Assembly: GCA_001662655.1 (NCBI GenBank)
Contig: KV460233.1
Length of the DNA: 20,000 bases
Strand: one strand, 5' to 3'
Source of the DNA: Pseudogymnoascus verrucosus
Taxonomy: Eukaryota
Positions 1-10,562 of the stretch are shown here, in pieces. The position numbers and the translations under genes are program-made. Within the stretch, counting starts at the first letter, position 1; each line of letters opens with the position of its first letter. Below the pieces are notes generated by a model. It was not told where the DNA came from, ran no database searches, and saw only the letters and a list, made by a program, of their open reading frames with translations.

Positions 1-771
1 TGCCCTGTCCCCATGATTCCCCTCTACATCTCCAACAAAAGGAAGGAGCGACCTTCCTTATTTCCCATCATATCCCATACCACCCACACACCATCTCTAG
101 AGAAACTTACCCACCCCTTTAAGCATCTATACCGGAGTATGGGCCGATATTTCGCCGCTTCGCTTCGCTTCGCCTGTTCTTTGTGGTAGTGAACTTTGCC
201 GTCGTCGTCGCTAGGTGGTCTGGTAACCTTTCGTGTTTCTGTAAACTGGATGCGTTCAACAACACATACTTTGCATACTTTGCACAACTAACCTTGTATA
301 CTTGCTCCTTGAGAGCTGGGGGGTTGTGAATAGAAGCATATTCTTCCTATTCTTTGATTGGGGACGCGACAGAGAGGTTTTATAGGTTTGGTGAGTCTGA
401 ATATCTCCAGTTTTGGCCGAGGTTGGGTGTGAACTTTAACACCACCTTCTCCTTTGACCTCCTCAGAGCTGAACAGAGAGTTTGTAAAGAAGAATAAAGA
501 CAAGAGAGACCTTTATACCTCATTCTTTCATCCCTTTCTTCCTTTGTGGTGGCTTGGCTGACCAAAAACCCCTTTAACAGCTTGCTCTTCAGCAACAAGA
601 GCTTTCCTCACTTGAGGATCTTCAGAGATCAGATAACTTGCACGACATCCCATCCAAAGGTATGGAGAAGCTGATAACCCCTTTCCTTTGGCTTTTGCTG
701 ATCTCCTTTCACAGTTTGCTCTTTGCTTCTCCCAAAAAGGGCGTTCTCACTCGAGAGTACTGAGAGATCGA

Positions 772-891
772 AAATATTTGCTCCCATTCTCATTCAACAA
801 CCAGAGCCCAGAAACATTTGTTCCCCCTTTATTCGACACCCAGAGCTTAGAAATATTTGCTCCCCCTTTATTCGACAACCAGAGCTTGGAA
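772..891. repeat. Imperfect ~39-bp tandem repeat, 3 copies
   Basis: Units AAAYATTTGYTCCCC(C)TTTATTCGACAMCCAGAGCYYAG start at 772, 812 and 851. There are no unique spacers between them. Confidence 0.9.
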
Positions 892-1095
892 TAGCTTTGC
901 AGGATATATATCATCTTTCTTTGATCGGTATCTATACAAGCCGATCACCCACATAAAGCTTGCTTGATATTGCTGTCCAAGCTTGTCTGCTTCAAGCATA
1001 TATAACCTGATCACCAAGGTGTGATCAGTTGAGAGTTTGACATAATGAGACCCTCAACATACTTTGCCGAGATTGGGGAAGTGTTCGTATTCAAC

Positions 1096-4000
1096 ATGGG
1101 TGATGAGCTTGTAAGTATCCCAACTTACCATATGCACCAAATGTCCCCTAAATGCTAACTGAGACAGATGCAAGAAATAATCCACGGCGACTATCTGATA
1201 GTCTACGTCCAGAGCATTGGTGGCCGCCGCCCACCTAACGAGATCCACCCGACGTCAGAGAGGATGGTGAGAATTTTGCCTGTCGGGGGGAACGGCGGGG
1301 CCAGTGCTTCCGGTCCCCAAAGCTTCATCAGATTCAACAATCATTTCCGCAATATCCGTGACCTTGTCTTCTACCCAACTAGGAAGAACGAGAGGGTCAC
1401 TCTCGACAACTTGAAGGGTCCAAGCCCACAAATTGCATCTCCGGAGGACGCCAATAAGAGTCCCATGGCTGCCGAAGCTGGGGTTCGCATGGCAACAGGT
1501 GATAGATCCTGTACGATATTCAACGATTTTGATGTAGATCCATTGCCTTTAGCGCATGATGACCGCATGGAGCATCTATTTGCACATACCGATAACATAC
1601 GCCAGAGGGGCTCCGTAATTTCCTTCGGTATGGTAGTCAATGATGATAAAAAAACCGGCTATGAATTTTGCCAACTTGAATTCGCAGCTGCCGAAGGAGA
1701 CAGGATTCTCATCGTGGCCATCAAAATCCCAGACGAAAAGAAGAAATTTTCCAGTCTGAAACTCAAGAAACAGATACTGAATGTAGATTTGGAAGAGCTT
1801 GTCATCCAAAACTTCATTGGAGTTGACAAAGGCTTCTTCGCCATAAAGGAATATGGGAAGCAAGATGGCGATGAGACTAGTGCCCCTCTGGGCCCAAAGA
1901 GCCATGAGTTTTATAACCTCGACCTTGAGAAGTCCATGGAAAAGGACCTGTTCGAGAACTATTCGCACGAGGTTGGAAGAGTGTGCCTTGAGGCGAATCA
2001 ATTCAACGCTGGCCTGTTTGAGGAGTGGCGCGAGATGATCCCATCCCAGACCATGGACGAACACCTGAAGAATATTTATGAGCTGTACACTCAGGAGGCT
2101 CTGTCGATTGTCGAGCAGTTGAAAACGCCTCCTATGGACGGTAGCGACGGCGGCCACCAGGATCTTACGGCCTTGACCGGCGGGAATGACCAGTTGAGAC
2201 GTAAGCTGCACATCGTTCGAGATGCACAGACGTATGTGATGTCGAGGCGTAAAGATCTGGAGTTTGAGCGCGTCCAGGAGTACAACTTTGGGAAGAAGAT
2301 TGGACCAGGTTTGCCGAGGCCTAGGCGCACCACAACAGTCATACGCAGGCCGACAGGCGGCTACATGGCGCCTCGCCCTCACATCCCAGATCTGAGCTAT
2401 AGCAGCGGCAGTACGACGCCCCGTGCTCGAACCCCAACTCAGGGCCACATCCGCGGCAATATGACCAACGTGACGCCCCGTCCTCGCGCCCCACCTCTGA
2501 GCTACAGCAGCAGCCACATGGGCGGCGATACGACCAACGTGAGGCCCCGTCCTCGCACTCCACCTCTGAGCTACAGCAGCGGCAATATGACCAACACGAC
2601 GCCCCGTCCTCACACCCCATCTCTGAGCTACAGCAGCGGCAGTACGACGCCGACCAATTCTCCTGTTAGGAGAGCACAGATGGTGAAACTGGACAAGGGG
2701 AAGGGGAAAGAAGTGCTTGCTACCGGCAATGAGACGCTGAAGGAGATTTTGGAGAGACTCATGAAAAATCCTAGCTTCATCCGGATGAAGGATAAACCAA
2801 AAGGCAAATATACTGCGGGTGAACTGGTCCGCCTGCGCCGCCAAGCCGAAGAGAATATGTGGAATATTAAGATCCCTTCTTTGGGAAGAAGTCTGGTTTC
2901 GGATTCTGGTCGTGGTGGGATGCTTCATCTTACTGTTGACCGTTCCCATTCTTTGGGAAGAAGTCTAGTTCCGGATTCCGGCGGTAGTGGGCTGCTTCAT
3001 CTGACTGTTGACCGCTCCCATTCTTTGGGAAGAAGTCTGGTTCCGGATTCTCGTGGTGGTGGGCTACTTCATCCCACTGTTGGCCATCCCTTGGGAAGAA
3101 ATCGAGTTTCAGACTCTGGTGGTGGTGGGATACTTCAGCCTACTGTTGACGACCATCGTGGGCGAAGAAATCGAGTTTCAGACTCTGGTGGTGGTGGACT
3201 ACTTAGTCCTACTGTTGGCCATCCCTTGAGAAGAAATCGAGTTTCAGACTATAGTAGTAGTGGGATAATTCATCCTACTGTTGACGACCGTCCTTGGAGA
3301 AGAAATCGAGTTTCGGACTCTGGTGGTGGTGGGCTACTTCGTCCTTCTGTTGGCCACTCTGTGGGAAGAAATCTCGTCTCTGACTCTGGTGGTGGTGGGC
3401 TAGTCCGTCCTAATGCTGGTGCTGGTAGAAATGCTGGTGCCGAAGAAGGTGCTAAAGCAGGTGCCAGAGCTAATACCAGTGCTCGACCAGGTTCCAGAGT
3501 TCATCTTACTGTCGAATATGATGCTGACACCCAAACTGGTGCTAATTCCAGAGCTGATGCTGGTGGCGATGCTCGTACCAATACCGTTGCTGGTAGCAAT
3601 GCCGCTGCTAATGCTGATGCTGGTGGCAAAGGTGCCCAAGCAGGTGCCAGATTTAATATCGGTCCCCAAACAGGTTCCAAAGCTCATGTTGCTGTCAAAT
3701 ATGATGCTGATACCCAGACTGGTGCCGATACCAGAGTTGATGCTGGTGGCGATGCTCGTGCCAACACTGTTGCTGGTAGCAGTGTCGCTGCTAATACCCT
3801 TGCTACCATGGATACTGGTGCTACCGTGGGTGCTAATACTGGCACTGCTTTGAATACCGACAATGATGAAGATTGGGAGTCGAGCGATGACGATGAAGAA
3901 GGAGGTGTAAGCTTGACGCCCGAGCCAGTCAACACCAAGCAGGAGCTGCCGCCCCTAGCCACTCTGTCCAAGCCGCGTACTCTGGATGGCCAAAGCGATT

Positions 4001-4284
4001 CGGTGTCCTCTCGTTCAACCCAAGAGAGCATGGCAAGGAAGCGTAGTCAGAGACCTCTTTCATCCGATGAAGATTCACCAGTGAAGCGTAGCCAGAATGG
4101 TGGTGGCGGTGTGTCAATCAGAAGCGTCAGCACCGAGGACAACTCATCTTCCAATGATGACCGTAAAATCGAATCCGGAGGAGGAACACCAGACAAGGCT
4201 CCAAGCCCAAAGAAGCGCAAACTGTCTGATGATAACCATGCTGCTCCGGGGGGTGGTAGATCGGACATTACGAAACTGACGTAG
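1096..4284 (+). CDS. Hypothetical ~1043-aa repeat-containing protein, probably nuclear; join(1096..1110,1168..4284)
   Basis: 3117-nt open frame from 1168. It is preceded by a canonical 57-nt intron (GTAAGT at 1111, GCTAAC branch, CAG at 1165-1167) and an in-phase mini-exon caacATG GGT GAT GAG CTT. The N-terminal ~380 aa look globular, followed by three repeat arrays, an acidic patch and a C-terminal NLS-like PSPKKRKL. No family recognised. Confidence 0.8.
2371..2652 (+). repeat. Coding repeat family A (PRPxxPxLSYSSG...TP), 4 copies
   Basis: CTGAGCTAYAGCAGC occurs at 2392, 2497, 2566 and 2623. Confidence 0.9.
2878..3411 (+). repeat. Coding repeat family B (GR[SN][LR]V[SP]DSGGGGLLxxTV), 8 copies of 66-72 bp
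   Basis: The anchor codons AGA-AGT/AAT fall at 2887, 2959, 3031, 3097, 3166, 3232, 3301 and 3367, giving periods of 72, 72, 66, 69, 66, 69 and 66. Confidence 0.92.
3445..3795 (+). repeat. Coding repeat family C, 2 x 183 bp (61 aa, G/A/N/T/D-rich)
   Basis: GCAGGTGCCAGA at 3457 and 3640; TATGATGCTGA at 3517 and 3700. The peptide YDADTQTGA...DAGGDARxNTVAGS occurs twice. Confidence 0.9.
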
Positions 4285-5112
4285 TTGATATGTTGCTGTT
4301 GTGGATGGAAAGTCTTCGATTTCAGGCTATAGGTGGTTGCATATTTGTGGGGTAGTGTTGTTTGTTTGTCGTTTTTCATGGTGGAGCTTACTGGTCTTTC
4401 TTTATTTGTGCTTTCTTAGACAGCAGATCCTCGAAAGGGGGTTGTGTTGTCTGGCACCGGCAAACAGTTTGCGGGCTTTTTTATATGCGATTTCTTTTCT
4501 GACAGATTCCGGCAGCTGGTTTCAGTTGTTCGTCATCTTATAGTTGTTTGGTTTTTTTCAGCAAGTACAAACTCCAAGACAGCAGTTTCTCACTTGAAGA
4601 GCAGCATTCCTGGGTTCCTGAAGAGGAGGCTGTTCGATAGATGGGTTTTAACGGAGCGGTTGTGTACGTTATTTTCATTTCACCTTTTCTGAATAGCAGG
4701 GAAGGAATACAGATGCGATGCCTTTATAGACCCGGTGCATAAAAAAGTGACCCTCAAAGTGCCGTGAAATAAACGTTCTTATATTAAGATTTAAGACCTT
4801 TATTAAAGACGCCATCCAGGTGATCGTCCCACACCACATGCAAGGGGCCACACAATAACCCACAAGGCTGCGAAAGGTGGTCCGTGCGCGCCACCCATTT
4901 CCACGAACGAGGCTCGCGACATCAACGACGGCTACAGGTGGGACAACGGCGAACGCGCATACCAACCACTCCCACGCATCCACACTATCTACATTTCTGG
5001 GCATACGATCCAGCGGCCTGAGTAACGATCTCTCTACAAGCGAATTGGAGCGGGTCAATTGGGCTGCTCTGCGGTGTTAGGGGCGCATCGTACGACCGGC
5101 GAGTTTATCAAG

Positions 5113-5865
5113 ATGGCGCAGCCGGCTGTAGGAGCGGAGAAGGCGCAGACGGCGATTGCGACGGATGCGGATCCGACGAGAGGGATGCCGTATCATGATA
5201 AGTTGACGGGGGAGCTGAAGCAGGCGATTATGAAGAGGAGGGTGTTGGAGAGGAATATTGTTGGTCTCCCCGCCCCACTTCACCTTTCATGTTTGTGGTT
5301 GATGTGTTGGGAGACTTTGGATGGACTTGGGGGCAGTTGGTGCAGGAGTACAAGACAGTTGGCTAACGGATTTGTAGATGGCGCTGGATGAGACGATTTA
5401 CAAGAAGGAGGGGGAGTACCTCGAGGACACGCCACATGGGAATGTGTTGACGGGGTTTGACAACTATATCAAGAGCATAACGAGCAATGCCGTTGGGAGG
5501 AGGAAGCAGGGCGTCAGCGAGAACGATAGGGTGTTTTCGCGGAGCAGCGTCAGGCTGGCGGATTTCATGGTATGGACACAAATCCCCGTCTCCTTGCTTG
5601 CCACTTCACCGAAGATGCCGTGGAAAGTACACTGCTGATATTCATGTCTTGATAGGATTCTCCCGGCGGGCTGTCAACGCAGACTACACCTTCAGGGGCA
5701 CCAACACCCATTTCAGCTGGGTTTGGGAGAGAGGGGAGTGGGAATGCGACGCCTACGAGCGCTACTGCTCGCGCTGGAAAGAAGAAGCGCGGAAAGGGGG
5801 AGGGGGACGATAGTGAGATGGAAGAGAGAGAGGGGAAGAAAGCGAGGGCGGGTGCGAGAAAGTAG
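5113..5865 (+). CDS. EAF6: Chromatin modification-related protein Eaf6 (NuA4 histone acetyltransferase subunit); join(5113..5259,5378..5569,5656..5865), ~182 aa
   Basis: The spliced product contains LDETIYKKEGEYLEDTPHGNVLTGFDNYIK...ENDRVFSRSS, typical of the NuA4/Eaf6 family. Both introns have GT..branch..TAG and keep the frame. The protein ends GKKARAGARK*. Confidence 0.92.
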
Positions 5866-6934
5866 AGGAGGCAGTGGGTGGGTTCATCTGGCGTATTGGC
5901 AATGGGGATGGGGCGTTACTGGGTGGGAAGGGTTGGGTGGTGTCGGTGGCGATAGAGGAATCTTTCGAGTCTGGGGAAATGCGGTGTGAGAGCTGCAGCT
6001 GCAGTGATGATATGCAGTGATGCGCGAGTTTGGATCGTCTCTGCTGGCCCGCCAAGCGCGATGACAAGCTTTGAACGTGGCTGGTAACCAAGAGTCATAC
6101 TATCAGTCATATCATGCAGCTCAGCTCAGCCATACTGATGGCTGTGAAGCTTGTTCTTTATATCGAACGCGAAGAGGAGTCACAATAAATAACGTCATTG
6201 TAATGTTATTTGACAGTAATCTGACAATTAGTATACGTCTGATATATGTAATCAACGTGAAAATAAGAAGTTGTCGTTAGTTAATCCCCGAATATCACCT
6301 TTTTCTCTTCGTCATGGGAATGATGGGGGAGCCTTGGGATGGGGGGCCTGGACTAGCGGCTAAATTTAGTTGGTACGTGCTTCGCCGGCGCAAAATAAAA
6401 AGTTTTAATGGGATTTTTATATCTCCAGTGGCGAATGGGCAAAAAGAACCAGAGAAACAAACACTCAACGATAAATGTAAAATACAAACTGGCCTTACAT
6501 ATTACAGAATGACTCTGATATTTGCCCCCCGTAGTCACAAATGTAATTATAGTTTGTTGTAGTCTGGCGATAACCAGGGGAGTGAACTTCTTAGCTCGCT
6601 TAACCCGATCGCCTCCGTCCCTAGTGCTAGTGGCGCACTTTTTCTGGTGAGGCAAAAAAACTTCATATTAAAGTAACTTCAGCTTGTTCACAACACAACC
6701 TCACCACTTTCAAAACAACAACAACTCCAAAAAGAACAACCCTACCCTAGATCCTTCAACTCTCGTTCTTGAGAGTTTTGGCATCTAGCTTTTTCACCCC
6801 AACAACCTCACCAACAAGTCGCAGAGTCTCGCTCTCCGACTTTTCAAGCCCCCCACCTTTTCCACCAACTCCTTCGCATTTCTAGATTTCAAGCTCAGCT
6901 TGAATCTAGAATTCCTCAAGCCTTTTCCGCAAAC

Positions 6935-8025
6935 ATGGCTTCCACCGATAAGGGTCTCGAGGAGATCCCAGAGGGTAAGATACACCCCTTTTGGACGATA
7001 CTGGGTCGCGATTTGTTGTTGAACTGGGGCTGACAACATCATCAACAGGACAGATCGAGTCCAACTACGATGAGACCGTCGACTCTTTCGATACCATGGA
7101 CCTCAAGCCCGAGCTCCTCCGTGGTGTCTACGCCTACGGTTTCGAGCGCCCATCTGCTATCCAGCAGCGCGCCATCATGCCAGTCATCAAGGGTAAGGAT
7201 CTCACAACAACAAAAATCTTTTTCGCCACGACGCGACTAACAACATAACAGGACACGATGTGATTGCCCAGGCCCAGTCCGGTACCGGAAAGACCGCCAC
7301 CTTCTCCATCTCCGTTCTCCAGAAGTTGGACCCCAACATCAAGCAGTGCCAGGCCCTCATCCTTGCACCAACCCGTGAGTTGGCCCAGCAGATCCAGAAG
7401 GTCGTTGTCGCCATCGGTGACTTCATGAACATCGAGTGCCACGCCTGTATCGGTGGTACCTCCGTCCGTGATGACATGAAGGCTCTCCAGGAGGGTCCTC
7501 AAATCGTTGTCGGTACCCCCGGTCGTGTCCACGACATGATCCAGCGCCGTTTCCTCAAGACCGACTCCATGAAGATGTTCGTTCTTGATGAGGCCGATGA
7601 GATGTTGTCGCGCGGTTTCACCGAGCAGATCTACGATATCTTCCAGCTCCTTCCTCAATCCACCCAGGTCGTTCTCCTGTCCGCCACCATGCCCCAGGAC
7701 GTCCTTGAGGTCACCACCAAGTTCATGCGCGACCCCGTCCGTATCTTGGTCAAGAAGGCCGAGCTTACCCTTGAGGGTATCAAGCAGTTCTACATCGCGG
7801 TTGAGAAGGAGGACTGGAAGCTCGACACCCTGTCGGATCTCTACGAGACCGTCACCATCACCCAGGCTGTCATCTTCTGCAACACCCGTCGCAAGGTCGA
7901 CTGGCTTACCGACAAGCTCACTGCCCGTGATTTCACCGTCTCTGCCATGCACGGAGATATGGACCAGGGTCAGCGTGACCTGATTATGAAGGAGTTCCGT
8001 TCCGGATCTTCCCGTGTCCTGATCG

Positions 8026-8062
<37 letters not shown>

Positions 8063-8264
8063 AGTTTCCCTGGTCATCAACTACGATCTGCCCGCCAACC
8101 GTGAGAACTACATTCACAGAATCGGTCGTGGTGGACGTTTCGGACGTAAGGGTGTTGCCATCAACTTCGTCACCGCTGATGATGTCCGCATGATGAGAGA
8201 GATTGAGCAGTTCTACAGCACCCAAATCGAGGAGATGCCAATGAACGTTGCCGACCTCATCTAA
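6935..8264 (+). CDS. TIF1: ATP-dependent RNA helicase eIF4A; join(6935..6974,7049..7192,7252..8264), 398 aa
   Basis: Q motif ([13 protein letters not shown]), [30 protein letters not shown] and HRIGRGGR are all present, with the C-terminus [11 protein letters not shown]. Codon bias is that of a highly expressed gene. Two canonical phase-1 introns. Confidence 0.98.
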
Positions 8265-9005
8265 GCGCCTTTCTCCAACTATATTACACATAATATTCGG
8301 TATATTCACGTATTCGACGCCCAATTCTGTGTTTGCTTTTGATATCGAGTCTCGAGATTTGAAGTATCCTGTATTTGGAAGGTTGGAGTCTCTCCTAGCG
8401 GAGGGCCGTGAGAGTGAGCGGTGATGCTGGTTCGCCCGGCCCGTGAGGAAAAGCATCTAAGTGGGAATTGTTCTGGGGGCGATCACTTTTGTGACATGGC
8501 AAAAAAGGGCCTATCTCGACAAAAGGTGGAATCGCTATTTCTTTTTGTTTTCGAAATATGAGTGCGCACGGTAGAAGGGGGCCATTCGAATCGCGTATGC
8601 TTGGCCCTCCTTTTCTCGCGATCGCCAACCATCATCGTTCTCGACGTCTCTGCTGTTTGGTTGTTTTTATGAAACTTTGCACAACTGGGAGCAGGCGGGC
8701 AAAAAATATAGAAGGCTCGAGTGTGCTGCTATGGATGATAATGAGCGAGGATTTTTCCGAAGAATGAAACGTGATGAGAGTCATGACTTTTTCTTTTTTG
8801 GGGAGAGACGCCTTTATGCTGCGTATGATGGAAGGGTTTCCTCCTTCACACCAATTGAAAAAATTCAATAAAAAAAAGACCAATTCGAGTGAAACATGTT
8901 GATGTTGAATTGTATTTACATATTATGTATGGCTTTCGTAGGTTATGTCAACTTTGATTTATCTTGAATCGATGCTGAGTTTATATTCGTTTATCTCGAG
9001 GCTGT

Positions 9006-9084
9006 CGTGCCTTCCCAAGCGTACAGCCCGGTCTTTCCATTTTAACGTACCTTCCAAACGTACAGTCCGTTCCTTCCATCCCAA
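9006..9084. repeat. Imperfect ~39-bp direct repeat, 2 copies, upstream of the 9218 gene
   Basis: CGTGCCTTCCCAAGCGTACAGCCCGGTCTTTCCATTTTAA is followed directly by CGTACCTTCCAAACGTACAGTCCGTTCCTTCCATCCCAA. Confidence 0.75.
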
Positions 9085-9217
9085 CGACGCGTTATCCCTC
9101 TTCATCACCACATCTATCATTCAACCCCCCCTGCCTCCAGATATCCTAGAGCCAGATCTCTGTACTTGATCTCGTTCAAGTCCCATCGAGCAGGTCTGCA
9201 GAAGTCACCAGGTTACA

Positions 9218-10258
9218 ATGCCCAGGATATTAGACCTGCCGGATCCCAACCTACCCTTCTCCATAATATACAATTACTTTTTCGAACGCTACAATAAAGA
9301 ATTGAAAGCAGAGCTGACAGTCCTCACCGAGGCCGACAAGAAGAGGGAGGTCGAGATACAAACCCTGAGGGAGAAGGTTGAGGAAACCCTACCTGCGCAG
9401 CTGCAGCAACTGGTCGAAAGTAGTGTGAAGTCTGCCGAAAAGCTCAGAGTCGACATAGACATGTTCAAAGAGGAGACCAGGGCGTTGTTGGTAACCCAGG
9501 CTCAGGAGTTCAGCCGTACCTTCAAAGAATCCGACGAGAAGCACAAGGTTGAGAAGCAAAATCTCATAGATGAGCTGCAAGCTATGAAGAGGAAGTGCGA
9601 CGAAATGTCTCAGCGTGTCGAAGCTCTCGAGAAGGCAATGCAGGACATGGGTGAGACTTGCTATATTCAGTTTGTGCTCTGAGTAACAATACTGAATAGA
9701 ATAGAGTCCGTAGGCGCCAATGCTCGAGCCCGCAAAAGATCACGGCCCACACTCACCGCACAAAAGTCGATGCATACACCCGGCGACGAAGCTGAACTCT
9801 CCACCACCAACAATGTCCCGATTGCACAAGCCGACAAAGAAGCTCCACAGCCGAAAGCACACCAACAGGCAGCCGAACCCGAGACACCAGCACCATATAT
9901 GGACTCCTCAATCACAATGATCGCCGCAACGCCAACTGCCTCTGTTTCCGCCCCCGACATCCCCCGTTTCCACAATGGCCACATACGCCAAGGTTCCCTC
10001 AGTCTTGATGATTACGCAGCCATATTTGCGCGCCACTTGGCCTCCATCCGCAATGCAGACCAGAGCGATGGCGAGGTCGGGCCGGCTCAGCGGGAAGCCG
10101 TCGGAAAGTTCGTACTTGGAGTGAAGAAGGCCAGCGACAGAATACGATTGGTCCAGGACCTGGAGAAGAAGGGACTCGCGACGACTGACCAGCAAACGAG
10201 AAGTGTTGAGCTTTTCTGTGGGTGGCAGGCTGTGAAGGAGGTTCTGGAGGGGTGGTAG
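9218..10258 (+). CDS. Hypothetical 328-aa protein: N-terminal coiled coil, low-complexity linker, C-terminal Gag capsid-CTD-like segment; join(9218..9650,9705..10258)
   Basis: A GTGAGA donor at 9651 and a TAG acceptor at 9702-9704 join the 9218 and 9770 ORFs in frame. Exon 1 is E/K/Q/L heptad-rich. Exon 2 carries IRQGSLSLDDYAAIFARHL...EAVGKFVLGV. The gene model is good; the Gag relationship is an inference. Confidence 0.78.
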
Positions 10259-10562
10259 AAGAAGAGCTTGGGAGATGAGGGGAGAGGGAAAAAATAGGAC
10301 ATCGTGGAGGTGGGAGTTGGTGACAATTAGGGTTGCTTTCTTGCTGATTTACGTAGCTTCAGTGACAAATGTCCGTATATTTTGGGGTTCAAATAACACC
10401 GGGGGTAGCATAATAGAATAAGTATCACAAGTCAATAGACTCAGAAATTGGGCATTCCATTCGCTGTATATCCAAGAGAAACGCATGGTAAAGTATACTC
10501 CTTTAATCTATTGGTCTCTGGAGCTAAATATGATGATCTGCTTTTTTATTAAGTGCCTAGAA

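Noticed and set aside
24..700. Short minus-strand ORFs at the left edge
   Set aside because: No recognisable motifs or coherent splice model. This is probably upstream or UTR sequence.
772..891. CRISPR-like appearance of the 39-bp repeats
   Set aside because: The units are contiguous with no unique spacers, there are no cas genes, and the DNA is eukaryotic.
1576..2949. 457-aa antisense ORF inside the 1043-aa gene
   Set aside because: It mirrors the sense-strand codons and repeats, and has no protein-like features of its own.
3490..3702. GSRVHLTVEY / GSKAHVAVKY resembling HET-s-type amyloid pseudo-repeats (SRVLIGNEY)
   Set aside because: The hallmark G-N/G-D is missing, the 61-aa spacing is too long, and the nearby NLR shows no matching amyloid motif at its N-terminus.
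3008..3853. Hydrophobic alternative-frame ORFs (3008-3229 and 3413-3853, rich in M/L/V)
   Set aside because: These are the expected frame-shifted reading of GCT/GGT/GAT-rich repeat codons, not separate membrane proteins.
7134..8456. 440-aa antisense ORF over eIF4A
   Set aside because: A shadow ORF produced by the strong codon bias of eIF4A. It has no independent motifs.
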